A stretch of 64,000 nucleotides of DNA from an uncultured Planctomycetota bacterium. GTDB lineage: Bacteria > Planctomycetota > Planctomycetia > Isosphaerales > Isosphaeraceae. Where the stretch lies: the NCBI GenBank assembly GCA_963823665.1, contig CAWGMQ010000003.1, forward strand, positions 1,248,001 through 1,312,000, read 5' to 3'. The position numbers were made by a program, and so were the translations under genes. Below, one piece after another: positions 33,101 through 43,439 of the stretch. Under the pieces are notes generated by a model that saw only the letters and a list, made by a program, of their open reading frames with translations, ran no database searches and had not been told where the DNA came from. Position 1 is the stretch's first letter. Every line of letters starts with the position of its first letter.

Positions 33101-34401
33101 TCGGACTGGGCCGACGTATCGAGGTAGCGCATTTCGGGCATTGGCTGATCCGGAGTGTCGTGGTACGTCATGCCCTGGAACAACGGACGTCCGAACTTGC
33201 CAACCGGTTTTTCGGGAACGTTCGCCAGTTCCTGACCATCGCGCAGCACGACGAAACCGCGGATGCCACTCTCGAAATCGGCAACTGCGCTCCATGTGAT
33301 CTCCATTCCCCGGTCGCTCTTGGGTGATGCTCTCACGTGGAAAGGAGCCGGCGGTGGAGTGGTATCGCTCGATGAGCCGGTTTTCACGTATTCCGCCCAA
33401 GCATTCGCCACTGCTTCGTTCGGCAACCAGACAGCTTCCTTGGGATCGCCTTGGAATTCCGCGGCCGGTCGAGGTTTGTCGCCCATCAAAGGAGCCAACC
33501 ATGCCTTGCTCATGTCGACGGGCTTGAGAGTTTGGTCCGCTGCATCTTTCTCCGGCAATCGCATCGCCAGGCAGGCATCGAGGAATGGGATGGCCAGATA
33601 ACGGCTGTCGCCACACTCATGTCCGGTGCGCGGGTCGGGCGCAAAGCCGATCGGCGCGCCCTTGGACCGATATTCATGAAACGTCGCCAAATTCCCCAGC
33701 CACGGGCCTTTCATGTTCTGCTCGGGCGTGTTTTTCTGCTGGGCGACTTGCTTTTCCTTCACGCCGGGATTGCACATCATCGGAATCCCGTACACAGCGC
33801 TCGGTACTTTGTGCCGGGTAAACTCGGGATGACTGAGAAACATGACCGCGGAACCCGAGCGCATCCAGACCGCGACGACGCGGTCCGGGTGAAGGGCACA
33901 CATCACATCCGACCAGATACCGCCGCCGGAATGTCCCCACAAAACCCACGGGACGGTCTCCAATTCCGGGTGGCCGGCCTTGGTCGCGAGTTCGCCGAGC
34001 GCCTTGAGGAAGGTCTTCTCCGAGCCTCTCCGCGGATCGAACCAGAGTTCCGAACCCCCAGGGGAGAGATCGTTTTTCTCGTGCAACACGTGGTAACTGG
34101 GGCCGAGCAGGGCGCAATCCCACTTCTTCGCCAGTGCCTGCCAGTGCAAATCATAGGCAGCGGTCGATCCCTCAATCGATGCCGTTGTGCCGGCTCCGTG
34201 CTGGTGGACGATGACGCCGCGCAGGCGAGGAACCCCATCGGGAATCCAAAGGGTGTATGTGACAGCGATTTGCAATTCGCCCGCGACGGTCGATGCGGGA
34301 TAATCTACCGTCAGGCATCCTCCGGCACCTCGAGTTGTTCCAGCGAGGCCAAACACGCAAGCGGCGATGGACGCAAAAGTGACGCTGTTTGTGCGTGTCA
34401 T
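30175..34401 (-). CDS. Secreted multidomain protein: alpha/beta-hydrolase, FN3-like, two further hydrolase modules, CBM-like, GH29 (alpha-fucosidase)-like TIM barrel
   Basis: Signal peptide; GHSGGG and GMSKGG elbows; duplicated PW.W/F...ALL..GYHI modules; C-terminal YGLMFHW, GAGYVILT..H and GYWFD. Confidence 0.75.
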   Translation of the reverse strand: MTRTNSVTFASIAACVFGLAGTTRGAGGCLTVDYPASTVAGELQIAVTYTLWIPDGVPRLRGVIVHQHGAGTTASIEGSTAAYDLHWQALAKKWDCALLGPSYHVLHEKNDLSPGGSELWFDPRRGSEKTFLKALGELATKAGHPELETVPWVLWGHSGGGIWSDVMCALHPDRVVAVWMRSGSAVMFLSHPEFTRHKVPSAVYGIPMMCNPGVKEKQVAQQKNTPEQNMKGPWLGNLATFHEYRSKGAPIGFAPDPRTGHECGDSRYLAIPFLDACLAMRLPEKDAADQTLKPVDMSKAWLAPLMGDKPRPAAEFQGDPKEAVWLPNEAVANAWAEYVKTGSSSDTTPPPAPFHVRASPKSDRGMEITWSAVADFESGIRGFVVLRDGQELANVPEKPVGKFGRPLFQGMTYHDTPDQPMPEMRYLDTSAQSDEKHIYSVVTVNSVGLKSEPSASESRKEETSGQEKGSATPGRAVAYVPFDGEKTTWHDGFDRYDFVMDEESLAIKPFKRDDDERFGVKAAAKGLRRCIVVVPKEVAAGNPWSWQGCYWDHQPQAEVELLKRGFHIAFITPDAGRQGKAWDRWYKFLTEKHGLAKKAAFIGMSKGGVNEFNWGVVNPDKVACIYADNTALYDEDFAKVPVLAKHDIPLLHVCGTEDFLLQRHTLVVENTYHQLGGLITVLIKEGHAHHPHSLQNAKPIADWIEQHMTPSTANRPAFADEKFAKGYYYSLEPSFIYLKEEDTYATARGPGFTECYDRYDGGTSGTFRTGGMSIIVPRTVAPGKPWVFTGDPIERNATVEQALLAKGYHIVILPPTGSGMSRKQWDDVYKILVDNQFSNKPVLKGTGAMAGEAYAWAVANPGKVSCIYARNPLMKSLMAGREQPIDNLAALAKAGVPVLHDCGALDPWLDNQTRVVEKRYNELDGKITVIVRAGEGHFPLSPKDPKSVVDFIIKYARTGAAQAEPTAIPVKSDVPASLYGAGAVSTDDCVKKQAGDSFRWTGSGQITWKVQVDRAGDYEVVLCHAAQPGAVGRHLQVSSGVSRVGSTLAMTNGVFGDKSYEMTPLKGRLRLEAGTQSITLSIPDAPKAMVVLAFRCLELIPVGANAAIEAERQEARRARASTEWLTKAGYGLMFHWTSQSVGKDGTHKPYARAVDEFDVNRFAEMVEETGAGYVILTIGHAESYCPAPLKAWEKYHSGKTTQRDLIAEMADVLSAKSIKLMCYLNAARLTRYPKAGEEEFTRIMTEVLTEFGERYKEKVAGYWFDCCYQAKEKYPGFSFREFFKTCKVGNPNRIVALNSWIYPNVSEWQEYWAGETASPVGLPLNGTNQEHGPGAGLRYHALLIMEPYWVQNKVEMPRPQFTAQQLGDYIARCKANGGAVTINLGIYQDGTVDPNAVNVLKEVRNRVR

Positions 34402-34688
34402 GGTTCACCTCGCCGTGGAGAGGAGCACTCTGGATTGAAAGAGAAACGCGCCACGCTTATCTTCTCGGCCCAAAATGGAAACGAAGGCAACGATCTGTTA
34501 GCGGGCAGGTCGATTCGTTCGCTCTCGTTCGCCGACTTTCCAATTGGACGTCTCCTATACTTTACCGAGAGTGTGCGCGTAACTCGACGACGTTCAGCCG
34601 ATCTGGTCGGACGTCGAAACCCTGGCGTAGTCGAACGGAGTGAAACATCGTTACGATGATCCGCACGAAAAGACACGGGAGCCAGTCC

Positions 34689-35189
34689 ATGCGAAAAGCC
34701 GTCTACGCGGGCAGTTTCGACCCGATCACACTCGGTCATCAGTGGATCATCGAGCAGGCGGCGCCGCTCTTCGATCAGTTGGTCGTCGCGATCGGCGTGA
34801 ACCCCGACAAGAGGGCAACGTTTACGGTTGAGGAGCGTCTTCGATTTATCGTTGAGACCACCTCCGGAATCGCCACATGCGCCGTTGCCGCCTTCGAAAA
34901 CAAATACCTGGTCGACTACGCCGATCAGATCGGCGCCGGCTACATCATCCGAGGAATCCGCAATGAATCCGATTTCACTTTCGAGCGCGCGATGCGGCAC
35001 ATCAACAGTGACCTGCGCCCCGAAGTGCTAACCGTCTTCCTCATGCCGCCGCGGCAGCTCGCGGAGCTCAGCTCCAGTATGGTGAAAGGGATGGTGGGGC
35101 CCGAAGGGTGGGAAACCGTTGTCCAGCGATCTGTTTCCCCCTCTGTGTTTCAAGCCCTCAAGGCGGTTCACGGAGGGCGTCATGCTTGA
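34689..35189 (+). CDS. coaD: Phosphopantetheine adenylyltransferase
   Basis: AVYAGSFDPITLGH, IRGIRNESDF.FE, ELSSSMVK. Confidence 0.95.
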   Translation: MRKAVYAGSFDPITLGHQWIIEQAAPLFDQLVVAIGVNPDKRATFTVEERLRFIVETTSGIATCAVAAFENKYLVDYADQIGAGYIIRGIRNESDFTFERAMRHINSDLRPEVLTVFLMPPRQLAELSSSMVKGMVGPEGWETVVQRSVSPSVFQALKAVHGGRHA

Positions 35190-35805
35190 CCGCTGGCGCG
35201 CCCTGGTCGCTCGCGTTACAGAAATGCCCGAGCCCGAAGCGGCCCGAGCCGTCTTCGATGACCTTTATACCCGATACACGGCGGCAGACCGGCGGTACCA
35301 CGACATCCACCACATCGACCACTGCCTCCAACTCTTCGATATGGTTCGCGCCCTGGCTTCGCAACCCGATGCAATCGAGCTTGCGATCTGGTTCCATGAT
35401 GCGATTTATGACAGCCACAAATCCGACAATGAGGCCTCCAGCGCGAGCCTGGCGGAATCCGCCCTTTTGCAACTGGGCGTTCCGCGTGCGACGAGGCAAT
35501 GCGTCTGCGATCTGATCCTCGCCACGCAGCACAACGCCCCGCCCACCAATCCTGACGCGGCGTTGCTGGTGGATATTGACCTGTCGATTCTGGGTCAACC
35601 CGAGCCCATTTTCGACGCCTATGAAGCGGGCGTTCGATTTGAATATGCTTGGGTTACGGACTCCGCCTTTCGCGCCGGGCGGTCCAAAGTCCTCCAGTCC
35701 TTTCTCGACCGGCCGCGGATTTACACAACGGCCTATTTCAGCGCCGCCTTCGAATCGTCCGCCCGTCAAAACCTGGCCCGCTCGCTGACAAACCTCTCGG
35801 GCTGA
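35182..35805 (+). CDS. HD-superfamily predicted metal-dependent phosphohydrolase (COG4339-like)
   Basis: RRYHDIHHI, AIWFHDAIYD, DNEASSA, VDIDLSILG, VRFEY. Confidence 0.85.
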   Translation: MLDRWRALVARVTEMPEPEAARAVFDDLYTRYTAADRRYHDIHHIDHCLQLFDMVRALASQPDAIELAIWFHDAIYDSHKSDNEASSASLAESALLQLGVPRATRQCVCDLILATQHNAPPTNPDAALLVDIDLSILGQPEPIFDAYEAGVRFEYAWVTDSAFRAGRSKVLQSFLDRPRIYTTAYFSAAFESSARQNLARSLTNLSG

Positions 35806-35821
35806 CTCGAGCTTGGGACGG

Positions 35822-35846
35822 TTCGCGTGCGAACGCGAAATTTATT
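35822..35846 (+). terminator. Putative intrinsic terminator after coaD-HD
   Basis: Stem TTCGCGT/ACGCGAA with a GCGA tetraloop, followed by ATTTATT. Confidence 0.45.
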
Positions 35847-35860
35847 CCAGGCGATTGCGA

Positions 35861-35881
35861 CTATCCCACCGAGTAGGATAG
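35861..35881. promoter_or_regulatory. Inverted repeat, probable HigA operator
   Basis: CTATCC-N9-GGATAG immediately upstream of the higB reading frame. Confidence 0.5.
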
Positions 35882-35882
35882 A

Positions 35883-36236
35883 ACGCAGAAGATCTTCATT
35901 GAGTCCAGCGAGTTCACGAAGTGGGTCAATGAATACCTGACGCATGACGATTTCGTTGCCTTGCAGCGCATTCTGCTAAAGGATCCTGACTCGGGAAATG
36001 TCATGTCCGGCTGCGGCGGCATGCGAAAGCTACGAATCGCCGACCCCGGTCGAGGAAAAGGGAAAAGGGGTGGCGCGCGTGTGATCTATCTTCACATCGA
36101 GGAATTGGAACAGATTCACTTCATCACGGTTTACGGCAAAGACGACCAGGATGACATTTCGGACGACGACAAGAAAAGCTATCGAAAACTCGTCGAAGCC
36201 TTGAAGAAACAAGCCAAACGCTTCAGGAGGTCATGA
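35883..36236 (+). CDS. higB: HigB2/RelE-like toxin (apparent ACG start)
   Basis: IFIESSEF...GCGGMRKLRI...GKRGGARVIY..ITVYGK. Homology begins at ACG 35883, after an in-frame TAG. Confidence 0.85.
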   Translation, partial: TQKIFIESSEFTKWVNEYLTHDDFVALQRILLKDPDSGNVMSGCGGMRKLRIADPGRGKGKRGGARVIYLHIEELEQIHFITVYGKDDQDDISDDDKKSYRKLVEALKKQAKRFRRS

Positions 36237-36243
36237 GTACGCG

Positions 36244-36648
36244 ATGAACGAACGAACGACTCGACTCCCGGTGGCGCAACAAATCCGCAAGGGCCTCGAA
36301 GAGGCGATCCGCCATGCGAAGGGAGAAATCACCCTCAAAACCACCGTCGTGGAATTTCCCGACCCACCGCCAGAGATTGAAGCTGGGCAGGTAACGAGAT
36401 TGAGACTGGAATCCCGCATGTCCCAGGCCGTTTTCGCGCGAGTGCTCAATGTCTCGACCAAGACAGTGCAGAGCTGGGAGCACGGCACCCGAAAGCCCTC
36501 CCAGGCGGCACTTCGGCTGATCCAAGTCTTCGGCCAGAACCCGGGCGAAGTGCTGAGAATCGCGGGCATGACAGAGAATGGAGTCAAGACGAGCGCGAGA
36601 GGAAAGACGGCTTCGGCCCGGGCAAGGGGATCGGGCGATCGCCAGTGA
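36244..36648 (+). CDS. higA: HigA2-like Xre HTH antitoxin
   Basis: GLEEAI, MSQAVFARVLNVSTKTVQSWEHGTRKPS.AA.RL. Confidence 0.88.
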   Translation: MNERTTRLPVAQQIRKGLEEAIRHAKGEITLKTTVVEFPDPPPEIEAGQVTRLRLESRMSQAVFARVLNVSTKTVQSWEHGTRKPSQAALRLIQVFGQNPGEVLRIAGMTENGVKTSARGKTASARARGSGDRQ

Positions 36649-36675
36649 GCCGGCGTCCCCCCGGATAAGGCTGAC

Positions 36676-38016
36676 TCATCGCCGCTGCATTTTGCAGTCG
36701 AAGCCGCCCGGGGTCGCCACGAGTGCCTTCGTCGATTTGATTGACGCCGAGACGTTGACAGTCTGGATCGCACTGCCCGTTGCAATCTCACGCGGAGTGC
36801 GAATCCATCGGTCAGGCCGCCCACCAAACAAAACGAGCACCTTCCAAAAGAGATAGATCGGGAACGCGCCGGCGGCGGCCGCGTATCGCCAAGGTAAGCC
36901 CATCACGAGGAAGGGTGAGACAAAATGAAGGCCCAGCGCGAGCGCCATCAAACTGAGCGAGCTGACGAGCACGGGGCGAAGCAGCGGCATCGCGAGGTGG
37001 TGCGAGCCGAGCAAGCAAAGAATGTCAATCACCGCAACGCCGATACACAGCATAGTAAGCGTTGTGATCGTCGGCAGGGTGAGGTCACAGAGAGCCAGGA
37101 TTTTCTTCCTGGCGGAGAGGACCTTGCAGGTGATCAACGGTACGAGCACCTTCCTGCGTACGGCCTTGCGACCGAACTCCCATCGCTGGCGCTGTTTGAC
37201 CGCAGCCTCGCCCCCGTGGGCGAGCATCGTGCTGTAGACCGAAACTTCTGGCTCAAAAACAACCGCTTCGCCCGCCATCCGCAGGACCCAGGTGTACTCC
37301 AGATCCTCGACAAGTCCGTGACAGTGCCAGGGCACGCGCCGCAATCCCCGCACAGACAGGCACATGCCGTTGCCCTGGAATGAGGCGCCCAGACCAAGTT
37401 GGGTTTTGCCAAGGGCCATCACGCCATTGAAAAGGCTGAACGCATAAGTCAGAAGGACCGTACGCCAGGTTGCGTCCGGATTCGCGACGGCGCTGTGAGC
37501 CTGAATCCAATCGCATCCCTCCCGCAGATCTTGATCGAACGTGGTCAGAAGACGCCGATCGATCGTCGTGTCCGCGTCCACGATCACCAGGGCATCAATG
37601 CGTTCGAGCTCGCCACTCTGTTGAAGAGTATCGATCAAATAGTCGATCGCGTGCCCTTTGCTTTTCTTGGACTCGTCAAGACGTTCGACGACGCGCGCGC
37701 CGGCGAGTCTTGCCAGGACTGCGGTCCCGTCGGAACAGTTATCGGCGATGAGAACAACGTCGAAAAGCGACCGCGGGTAATCGACTTCCAGGCAGCTCTG
37801 CACCGACTTCGAGACCACCGGCTCCTCGTCGTGCGCGGGAATAACGATCAAGAACCGCGACACCGGCGTCACCGCGCGTTTTGCCCCCCGCCGTGCCAGG
37901 AATGCTGCGGCCGTTACCACCAGAAGGAAACAAATGTGAGGGATTAACGCGAAATTGATGAAGATGAGAAGTAGCGAGAACGTCCAGCCGATCATCATCC
38001 ATCTCCGTAAACGCAA
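36676..38016 (-). CDS. Membrane GT2 glycosyltransferase (cellulose synthase/IcaA-like)
   Basis: IPAHDEE, ADNCSD, DAD, EDL and QRQRW motifs; N- and C-terminal TM helices. Confidence 0.9.
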   Translation of the reverse strand: MRLRRWMMIGWTFSLLLIFINFALIPHICFLLVVTAAAFLARRGAKRAVTPVSRFLIVIPAHDEEPVVSKSVQSCLEVDYPRSLFDVVLIADNCSDGTAVLARLAGARVVERLDESKKSKGHAIDYLIDTLQQSGELERIDALVIVDADTTIDRRLLTTFDQDLREGCDWIQAHSAVANPDATWRTVLLTYAFSLFNGVMALGKTQLGLGASFQGNGMCLSVRGLRRVPWHCHGLVEDLEYTWVLRMAGEAVVFEPEVSVYSTMLAHGGEAAVKQRQRWEFGRKAVRRKVLVPLITCKVLSARKKILALCDLTLPTITTLTMLCIGVAVIDILCLLGSHHLAMPLLRPVLVSSLSLMALALGLHFVSPFLVMGLPWRYAAAAGAFPIYLFWKVLVLFGGRPDRWIRTPREIATGSAIQTVNVSASIKSTKALVATPGGFDCKMQRR

Positions 38017-38420
38017 AGTGGACCGTCATCGTGGTGGTGCCAAGCACGAACGACATTAAGTTGTGCATCCAATCAGCTTCCCGGTTACGTCAATCAAGGA
38101 ATTCTCGTCACCAGCTTGGATCACATTAGACCATCGACGATTGCTTTCGTAAATGGTCGCTGTCCAAGTTGAGATCGCGCCCGAACCAGCTCTAACTCGC
38201 GCACGCGACGCCGTGGATCCGGTCGCTGAGGTGGTTGTGAGCAATCCACGTGCCAATTGCAGCAGAAGCTCAGATCACCATTTTCGTCGCCAAAATTCTC
38301 AACGAGACCCGCAGCGGCGCGACCACCTCGGAATGCAGCATGGCCACGACGATGGTGCGGACGTTGACTGTCCACCAGCACGCTTGGCGCTCGGTTCGCA
38401 ATAGCACCGACAACGGCAAC

Positions 38421-39353
38421 TTAGCCAGGCACACCGTCCGCCCGCGCTGCGATCAACTCGCGGCTCCGGTAATGCGTAACCCGGTTTCGACCGGCCTGTT
38501 TCGATTGATAGAGGGCACAGTCGGCGTGTTCGACGAGCGCCGTCGCGGTCGTAGTGCCGGGGCCGATTGTTGCCACTCCCAGGCTGGCGGTGACCTGACG
38601 TCGCGGCCATGCGCCGCTTGCAATCGAGCGGCGCAAGCGTTCGGCAACTTCCATCGCCTCGTCCCCGCCGGTTGCCGGCAGCAAAATGACGAACTCCTCG
38701 CCGCCGTAACGGGCCACCACGTCGTGGCTGCGCAGACTGGATCGCAGAGTCGACCCAAGACGCTTCAGGATCTCGTCGCCCGCCGGATGGCCGAAGGTGT
38801 CGTTGTATTCCTTGAACTGATCCAGATCGAGCATGATGAGCGAGAGTGGAGTCCCCAGACGCTGCGTCTGAGCGTAAAGCAGGTCCAGGTCTTCACGGAA
38901 TCGGCGCCGGTTCTTGGTGCCGGTCAATTCGTCGACCGCGGCCAGCTCGGCCAGGCGCTCGTTCTGCCGCGCGAGCTGCGCGTGCACCTTTAGGATGCGC
39001 TCGGCGATCTCCAGGCGCACCGCAAGCTCATCCGGATCAGGCGGCTTGATCAGGAAGTCGTCGGCCCCGGCGCGAAGGCCTTCGAGACGGTCGTCTCTTC
39101 GATCGCGAGACGTCAAAAGGATGATGTACGTATACCGTTCCATCGCGCCGGAGCGGATGCGTCGGCAGAGCGCCGGTCCGTCCAGCAGCGGCATCATCCA
39201 ATCCGAAAGCAAGACGGGCGCCTGGTCGTTTTGCAATGATCGCCAGGCCTGCTCGCCGTCGGATGCGATTGTCGTCTCGTGACCGAGTTTTTCCAGCGTG
39301 CGGGCCAGGTAGAGCGCCGAGGGCGCCTGATCTTCGGCGATCAAGATCTTCAT
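38421..39353 (-). CDS. Response-regulator diguanylate cyclase (REC-GGDEF)
   Basis: REC LSDWMMP; I-site RSHD; active site RYGGEEF. Confidence 0.93.
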   Translation of the reverse strand: MKILIAEDQAPSALYLARTLEKLGHETTIASDGEQAWRSLQNDQAPVLLSDWMMPLLDGPALCRRIRSGAMERYTYIILLTSRDRRDDRLEGLRAGADDFLIKPPDPDELAVRLEIAERILKVHAQLARQNERLAELAAVDELTGTKNRRRFREDLDLLYAQTQRLGTPLSLIMLDLDQFKEYNDTFGHPAGDEILKRLGSTLRSSLRSHDVVARYGGEEFVILLPATGGDEAMEVAERLRRSIASGAWPRRQVTASLGVATIGPGTTTATALVEHADCALYQSKQAGRNRVTHYRSRELIAARADGVPG

Positions 39354-42046
39354 GCCTTGGCCCCGACAGCCAGGAAGTCTTCCAGCGTCGTTCTCACCGC
39401 CTCCCAGGCACCTGTCAGGTCCGCGGCGGCGCTCGAGGCGCTTACCAGATCCTTACGATTCGAGGCGTGCTCGACGTCGACGCAGAATTGCGCCAGCTTG
39501 GGGGCGCCAATTGTCCGGCTGATCCCTTTCAAGGCGTGGGCTTGTGCCGAGAGTTCCCGCCAATCGGTGCTCTGGAGCGCTTGCTCGATCCCGGCCAGGC
39601 AGCCCGGCGCTGATTGCAAAAACGTGAGCGCCAGCTCGTGGGCGAAGTCTTGATCACCCCCGCAGATCTCCGTCAGCTCTTCGATCAGCGACCGACTGGC
39701 GTCGGCCGAGGAAGGGCTCTCAATCGGGCCCAGGCGCTCGAGTGCGGCGTGCAGGTCTGCCTGACGCATCGGCTTGGGAAGATAGCCGTCGAATCCGGCG
39801 GTGAGGCACCGCTGGCGGTCGCCCTGCATCGCGTGCGCCGTGAGCGCGATGACCGGCGCGTGGTCGCCGGTTTTCTCCTCGCGGCCCCGAATCGCTTTGA
39901 GCGCCTCGAACCCGTCCATCTCCGGCATCTGCAAGTCCATCAAGACCACGTCGAACCGGCCTGCTTGCAGGGCATCAAGCGCCTTGGCGCCGTCCGCCGC
40001 GACGACCACGCTGTGACCCAGGTGCTCGAGCATGCGAACGGCCACCTTCTGATTCACGGGGTGATCCTCGGCGAGCAGTATTCGAAGCGATGCACCCGAG
40101 CGAGCGGGTGCGATCGCGCAAGGGGAAGGCGCCCGCGTGCGACTGAGCTCCGACCTGCTCCAGAGCGTCATCTCTTTCAAGAGCGCGTCGAATAGCTCGG
40201 ACTGACGAACCGGCTTCGTCAAGCAGAACGAGATCGCCAGAGCGCGGCAGCGTGCTGTGTCTTCCGGCTGGCCGGCCGAAGTGAGAAGCACCAGGCGAAC
40301 ACCGGCGATCGCCGGCTCTCGCCGGATTCGTTCCGCCAGGTCGAAGCCATCGATCTCGGGCATCATCCCGTCGATCAGAACAATGGGATACGGCTCGCCG
40401 CGGTCCGCGGCGTTGCGCAGCGACAAAAGCGCCGCACGACCGCCGTCGACGGCGGTCGGTCGCATTCCCCAGTTCGTGATCACTTCGGTCAGGATCAGCC
40501 GGTTGGTGGCGTTGTCGTCCACGATCAGGACATGCAGACCTTCTAGATGGGAAAGCTGCGGCTCGGAGGCGTGAGCATGGTCGGGAGCCTGCACCCCCAT
40601 CTTCACCGTGAACGTGAACGTGCTGCCCCGCCCTGGCTCGCTATCGACCGAGATCTCTCCACCCATCAGATCGACGAGCTTGTGCGAGATGGTGAGCCCC
40701 AGGCCGGTGCCTCCGTAACGCCTGGTCGTCGACCCGTCCGCCTGCTCGAACGGCTGAAAGATGGTCTGCAATTTGTGTGCAGGTATGCCGATGCCCGTAT
40801 CCGAGACGGAGATTCGCAGCATGACGACCGCGTCGCTCGATTCCACGACCGAGACCGCGGCGACAACCTCGCCGCGCTCGGTGAACTTGATCGCGTTTCC
40901 GATCAGATTGACGATGACCTGGCGAAGGCGCCCGGAGTCGCCGATCAGTCGATCGGGCACATCGGGTGCGATGCGGCAGGCGAGTTCGAGGCCCTTGGTG
41001 TGAGATCGCAAGGCCAGCGCCTGCAGGGTTTCGTCGAGCGTATCACGCAAGGCGAAGGGAGCTTCCGCCAGGCTGAGCTTGCCGGCTTCGATCTTTGAGA
41101 AGTCGAGAATGTCATTGATGACCGTCAGCAGCGAGTCGGCGGAGCTCTTGACCAGACCGAGATACTCGCGCTGCCGAGGTGTCAGATCGGTGTCGAGGGC
41201 CAGCTCGGTCATGCCGATGATTCCGTTCATGGGCGTGCGAATCTCATGGCTCATGTTGGCGAGAAACTCGCTCTTGGACCGACTCGCCGCCACGGCCTGC
41301 GCCTGGCTCTCGCGAATCTCGATGGCTTGCCGTGTGAGCTCACTGTTGGCCGCGGAGAGATCGGCCGTGCGCTGCCGCACTCGCGCCTCCACGCGGGCGT
41401 GGGCCGCTTCGAGCTCGGCAAGATGAACGGCCAGCTCGTGCATGTTCTCGCATGATTGGCGGCAGGCCCGCACGAGAACGATGTCCTCGAAAACAACCCA
41501 GGCCGAATGCTCGAGCCAGCGCCAGGGACTTGATGTCAGGACGCCGTAGACCGATTGCGGCCAGTAAATTCCTCGCAGGAAATGGTCGATAGCCACCACT
41601 GCCGACGCCGTGATCAAAACCCTCCAGTCGCGGTAGAGCGACAGGAACGCCAGCGACACGAAAACGTGGAAGTGAAACTCGATCCGCCCCCCCGAAAGAT
41701 GGATGAGCAGCACGCTCATGAGCATCTGGCCAATCGCCACCGCGTGACGCGTCATCGCCGCGGCCGGGCGCATGACCGTGAGTGCGACCGGCAGGCTCAC
41801 AATGGCGCCGCCTAAAAAGATCGAGGCCAACAGGTGCAGATGCACCCAGCGCGACTCGCCAGCCCATGTGTAGGGTGTCACCGCCAGCGCAAACGACACG
41901 GCGGCCGACCACTCGAGCACAAGCAGGACCGCGAAAAGCTGGTCAACATGTTTGTAGACCGCGTGCAATTGATCCTGGTACTTCTGATCCGCCCGCTCGG
42001 CCGTCGACCCGCGGAGGGTTTCCTGGTCGGGAATCCCGGTCGTCAT
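39350..42046 (-). CDS. Hybrid sensor histidine kinase (RedC-like multi-TM input, HisKA, HATPase, 2 REC, Hpt)
   Basis: TM region with [35 protein letters not shown], two receiver domains, AHALKG Hpt. Confidence 0.93.
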   Translation of the reverse strand: MTTGIPDQETLRGSTAERADQKYQDQLHAVYKHVDQLFAVLLVLEWSAAVSFALAVTPYTWAGESRWVHLHLLASIFLGGAIVSLPVALTVMRPAAAMTRHAVAIGQMLMSVLLIHLSGGRIEFHFHVFVSLAFLSLYRDWRVLITASAVVAIDHFLRGIYWPQSVYGVLTSSPWRWLEHSAWVVFEDIVLVRACRQSCENMHELAVHLAELEAAHARVEARVRQRTADLSAANSELTRQAIEIRESQAQAVAASRSKSEFLANMSHEIRTPMNGIIGMTELALDTDLTPRQREYLGLVKSSADSLLTVINDILDFSKIEAGKLSLAEAPFALRDTLDETLQALALRSHTKGLELACRIAPDVPDRLIGDSGRLRQVIVNLIGNAIKFTERGEVVAAVSVVESSDAVVMLRISVSDTGIGIPAHKLQTIFQPFEQADGSTTRRYGGTGLGLTISHKLVDLMGGEISVDSEPGRGSTFTFTVKMGVQAPDHAHASEPQLSHLEGLHVLIVDDNATNRLILTEVITNWGMRPTAVDGGRAALLSLRNAADRGEPYPIVLIDGMMPEIDGFDLAERIRREPAIAGVRLVLLTSAGQPEDTARCRALAISFCLTKPVRQSELFDALLKEMTLWSRSELSRTRAPSPCAIAPARSGASLRILLAEDHPVNQKVAVRMLEHLGHSVVVAADGAKALDALQAGRFDVVLMDLQMPEMDGFEALKAIRGREEKTGDHAPVIALTAHAMQGDRQRCLTAGFDGYLPKPMRQADLHAALERLGPIESPSSADASRSLIEELTEICGGDQDFAHELALTFLQSAPGCLAGIEQALQSTDWRELSAQAHALKGISRTIGAPKLAQFCVDVEHASNRKDLVSASSAAADLTGAWEAVRTTLEDFLAVGAKA

Positions 42047-42654
42047 GGGCGTGTCTCCGCAGCCGGTGCCGGCTGGGGGTCAAGAAGCGGACATCCAAAG
42101 GCCGGGGCACTGCATCGATCGGCTGCCTCGCCGAACAGCCTGGCCAGTACCGCCGCGCGGCCAAAATTCTCTCCGCGATGGCCACGTGCCGGCGTGATTC
42201 CACCGCTGTAGAGCAATCGCCCCTGCGGATCGTACAGAACCACGTGCCCGGACGTGCGCACGCCGAATAGCCGGGCGAGCACGCCACCCTCGTCATCCCA
42301 GGTCGTGAGCCCCGGCAATTGCGAGAGTGAGCCGTCGATACGCGGGCCGGCTTCGAACTGTTTCGAACTCGCGCGCAAGATCACCGCATGCGCGGCGACC
42401 CGATTACCACTGCGTGCCAGAATCTCGCCCAGCTCGTCGACGCTGGCGCCGGAACACGGGCAGAGGGGATGGAGGAACATCAGGAGCGTGGGCCGTCGGG
42501 CGTCCAGTGGAATCTCGCTGGCTTTTGGCCAGGTTGAGAGTGTGCGCACCGCGGCGCCGGGCGAGGCCGCGTAGGCCTGCAAGATCAGACAACCAGTGGC
42601 GACGGCAATGCCCCACCCAGCAAACAAGTAGCTCCACGGAAAACGAGGCCGCAT
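42043..42654 (-). CDS. RedB-like thioredoxin-fold membrane protein
   Basis: N-terminal [33 protein letters not shown]-terminal FGC; overlaps the kinase start. Confidence 0.72.
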   Translation of the reverse strand: MRPRFPWSYLFAGWGIAVATGCLILQAYAASPGAAVRTLSTWPKASEIPLDARRPTLLMFLHPLCPCSGASVDELGEILARSGNRVAAHAVILRASSKQFEAGPRIDGSLSQLPGLTTWDDEGGVLARLFGVRTSGHVVLYDPQGRLLYSGGITPARGHRGENFGRAAVLARLFGEAADRCSAPAFGCPLLDPQPAPAAETRP

Positions 42655-42933
42655 CTTACGTGCTCTCTTCAGCTACGCGCCGTCGCTGTTCGACAAACTC
42701 CGGAGGAGCGCTCGCGCTTCTCCTCACCAAGCATAGGACACTCTGGGCGGGAGTGGCGTCACGAACAGCCGTTCACGGATTAGCGAAATTTTGTCCACTT
42801 CGCGGGGGTGGGCGCGACTGAGCGGCGCGAGGAGTTCCAAAACGGCGTGGCCGGGTTACCGGCTCCCGGCGACCACGCTCGAGCGTCGTAGGCAGAACGG
42901 TGACGCTCTGCCGCCAGGGAAACGGGACGGCAC

Positions 42934-43439
42934 TCAGGGTTCCGAATCGTACGGTTCCGGAAGTCCGATCCGGCTGAACGTATCGGCAAAATGCTTGGCG
43001 AGATGTTCGCGATACGGGGATAGAAGCCGAGCACGTCGGCGTCCGCGCTGGCAAAGGGCGGTAAGGAGGTCGAATCGTACGGTGTGCAGTTGACGCAGGT
43101 CGACGATCATCTCGGGCAAACCGAGCGGGTCGCTTGCGGGAAGAAAATACCAACCGTACACGCGGCCCCCGCGAATCGGTCCTCGGATGTCAGCGGGCTT
43201 GAGAAGGTTCTCGGCGACGAGAAAATGGGCGTCGCGGACGGTGGCGACCGTGACGTTCGATACCTTCCGATTCACCAAGTCGCAGGTTTGGGTGAGTACC
43301 AGCACACGCGTCGGCACGATCTCGATTTCGTTCTCATCCAAGTTGTCCAGATCAAGGCGGGACACGAAGATGAGAGGGCACCCTTTACGATATCCCCTTG
43401 ATCGACTGAATCCGTTGGCGAGGTCGCTCCATAAATCAT
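42934..43439 (-). CDS. Hypothetical protein, possible PemK/MazF-like toxin; frameshift near 43382
   Basis: MIY...VDQGDIV.GCP...VLVLTQTCDL...RLLSPYREHLAKHFADTFSRIGLP. ATG overlaps the upstream TGA. Confidence 0.55.
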
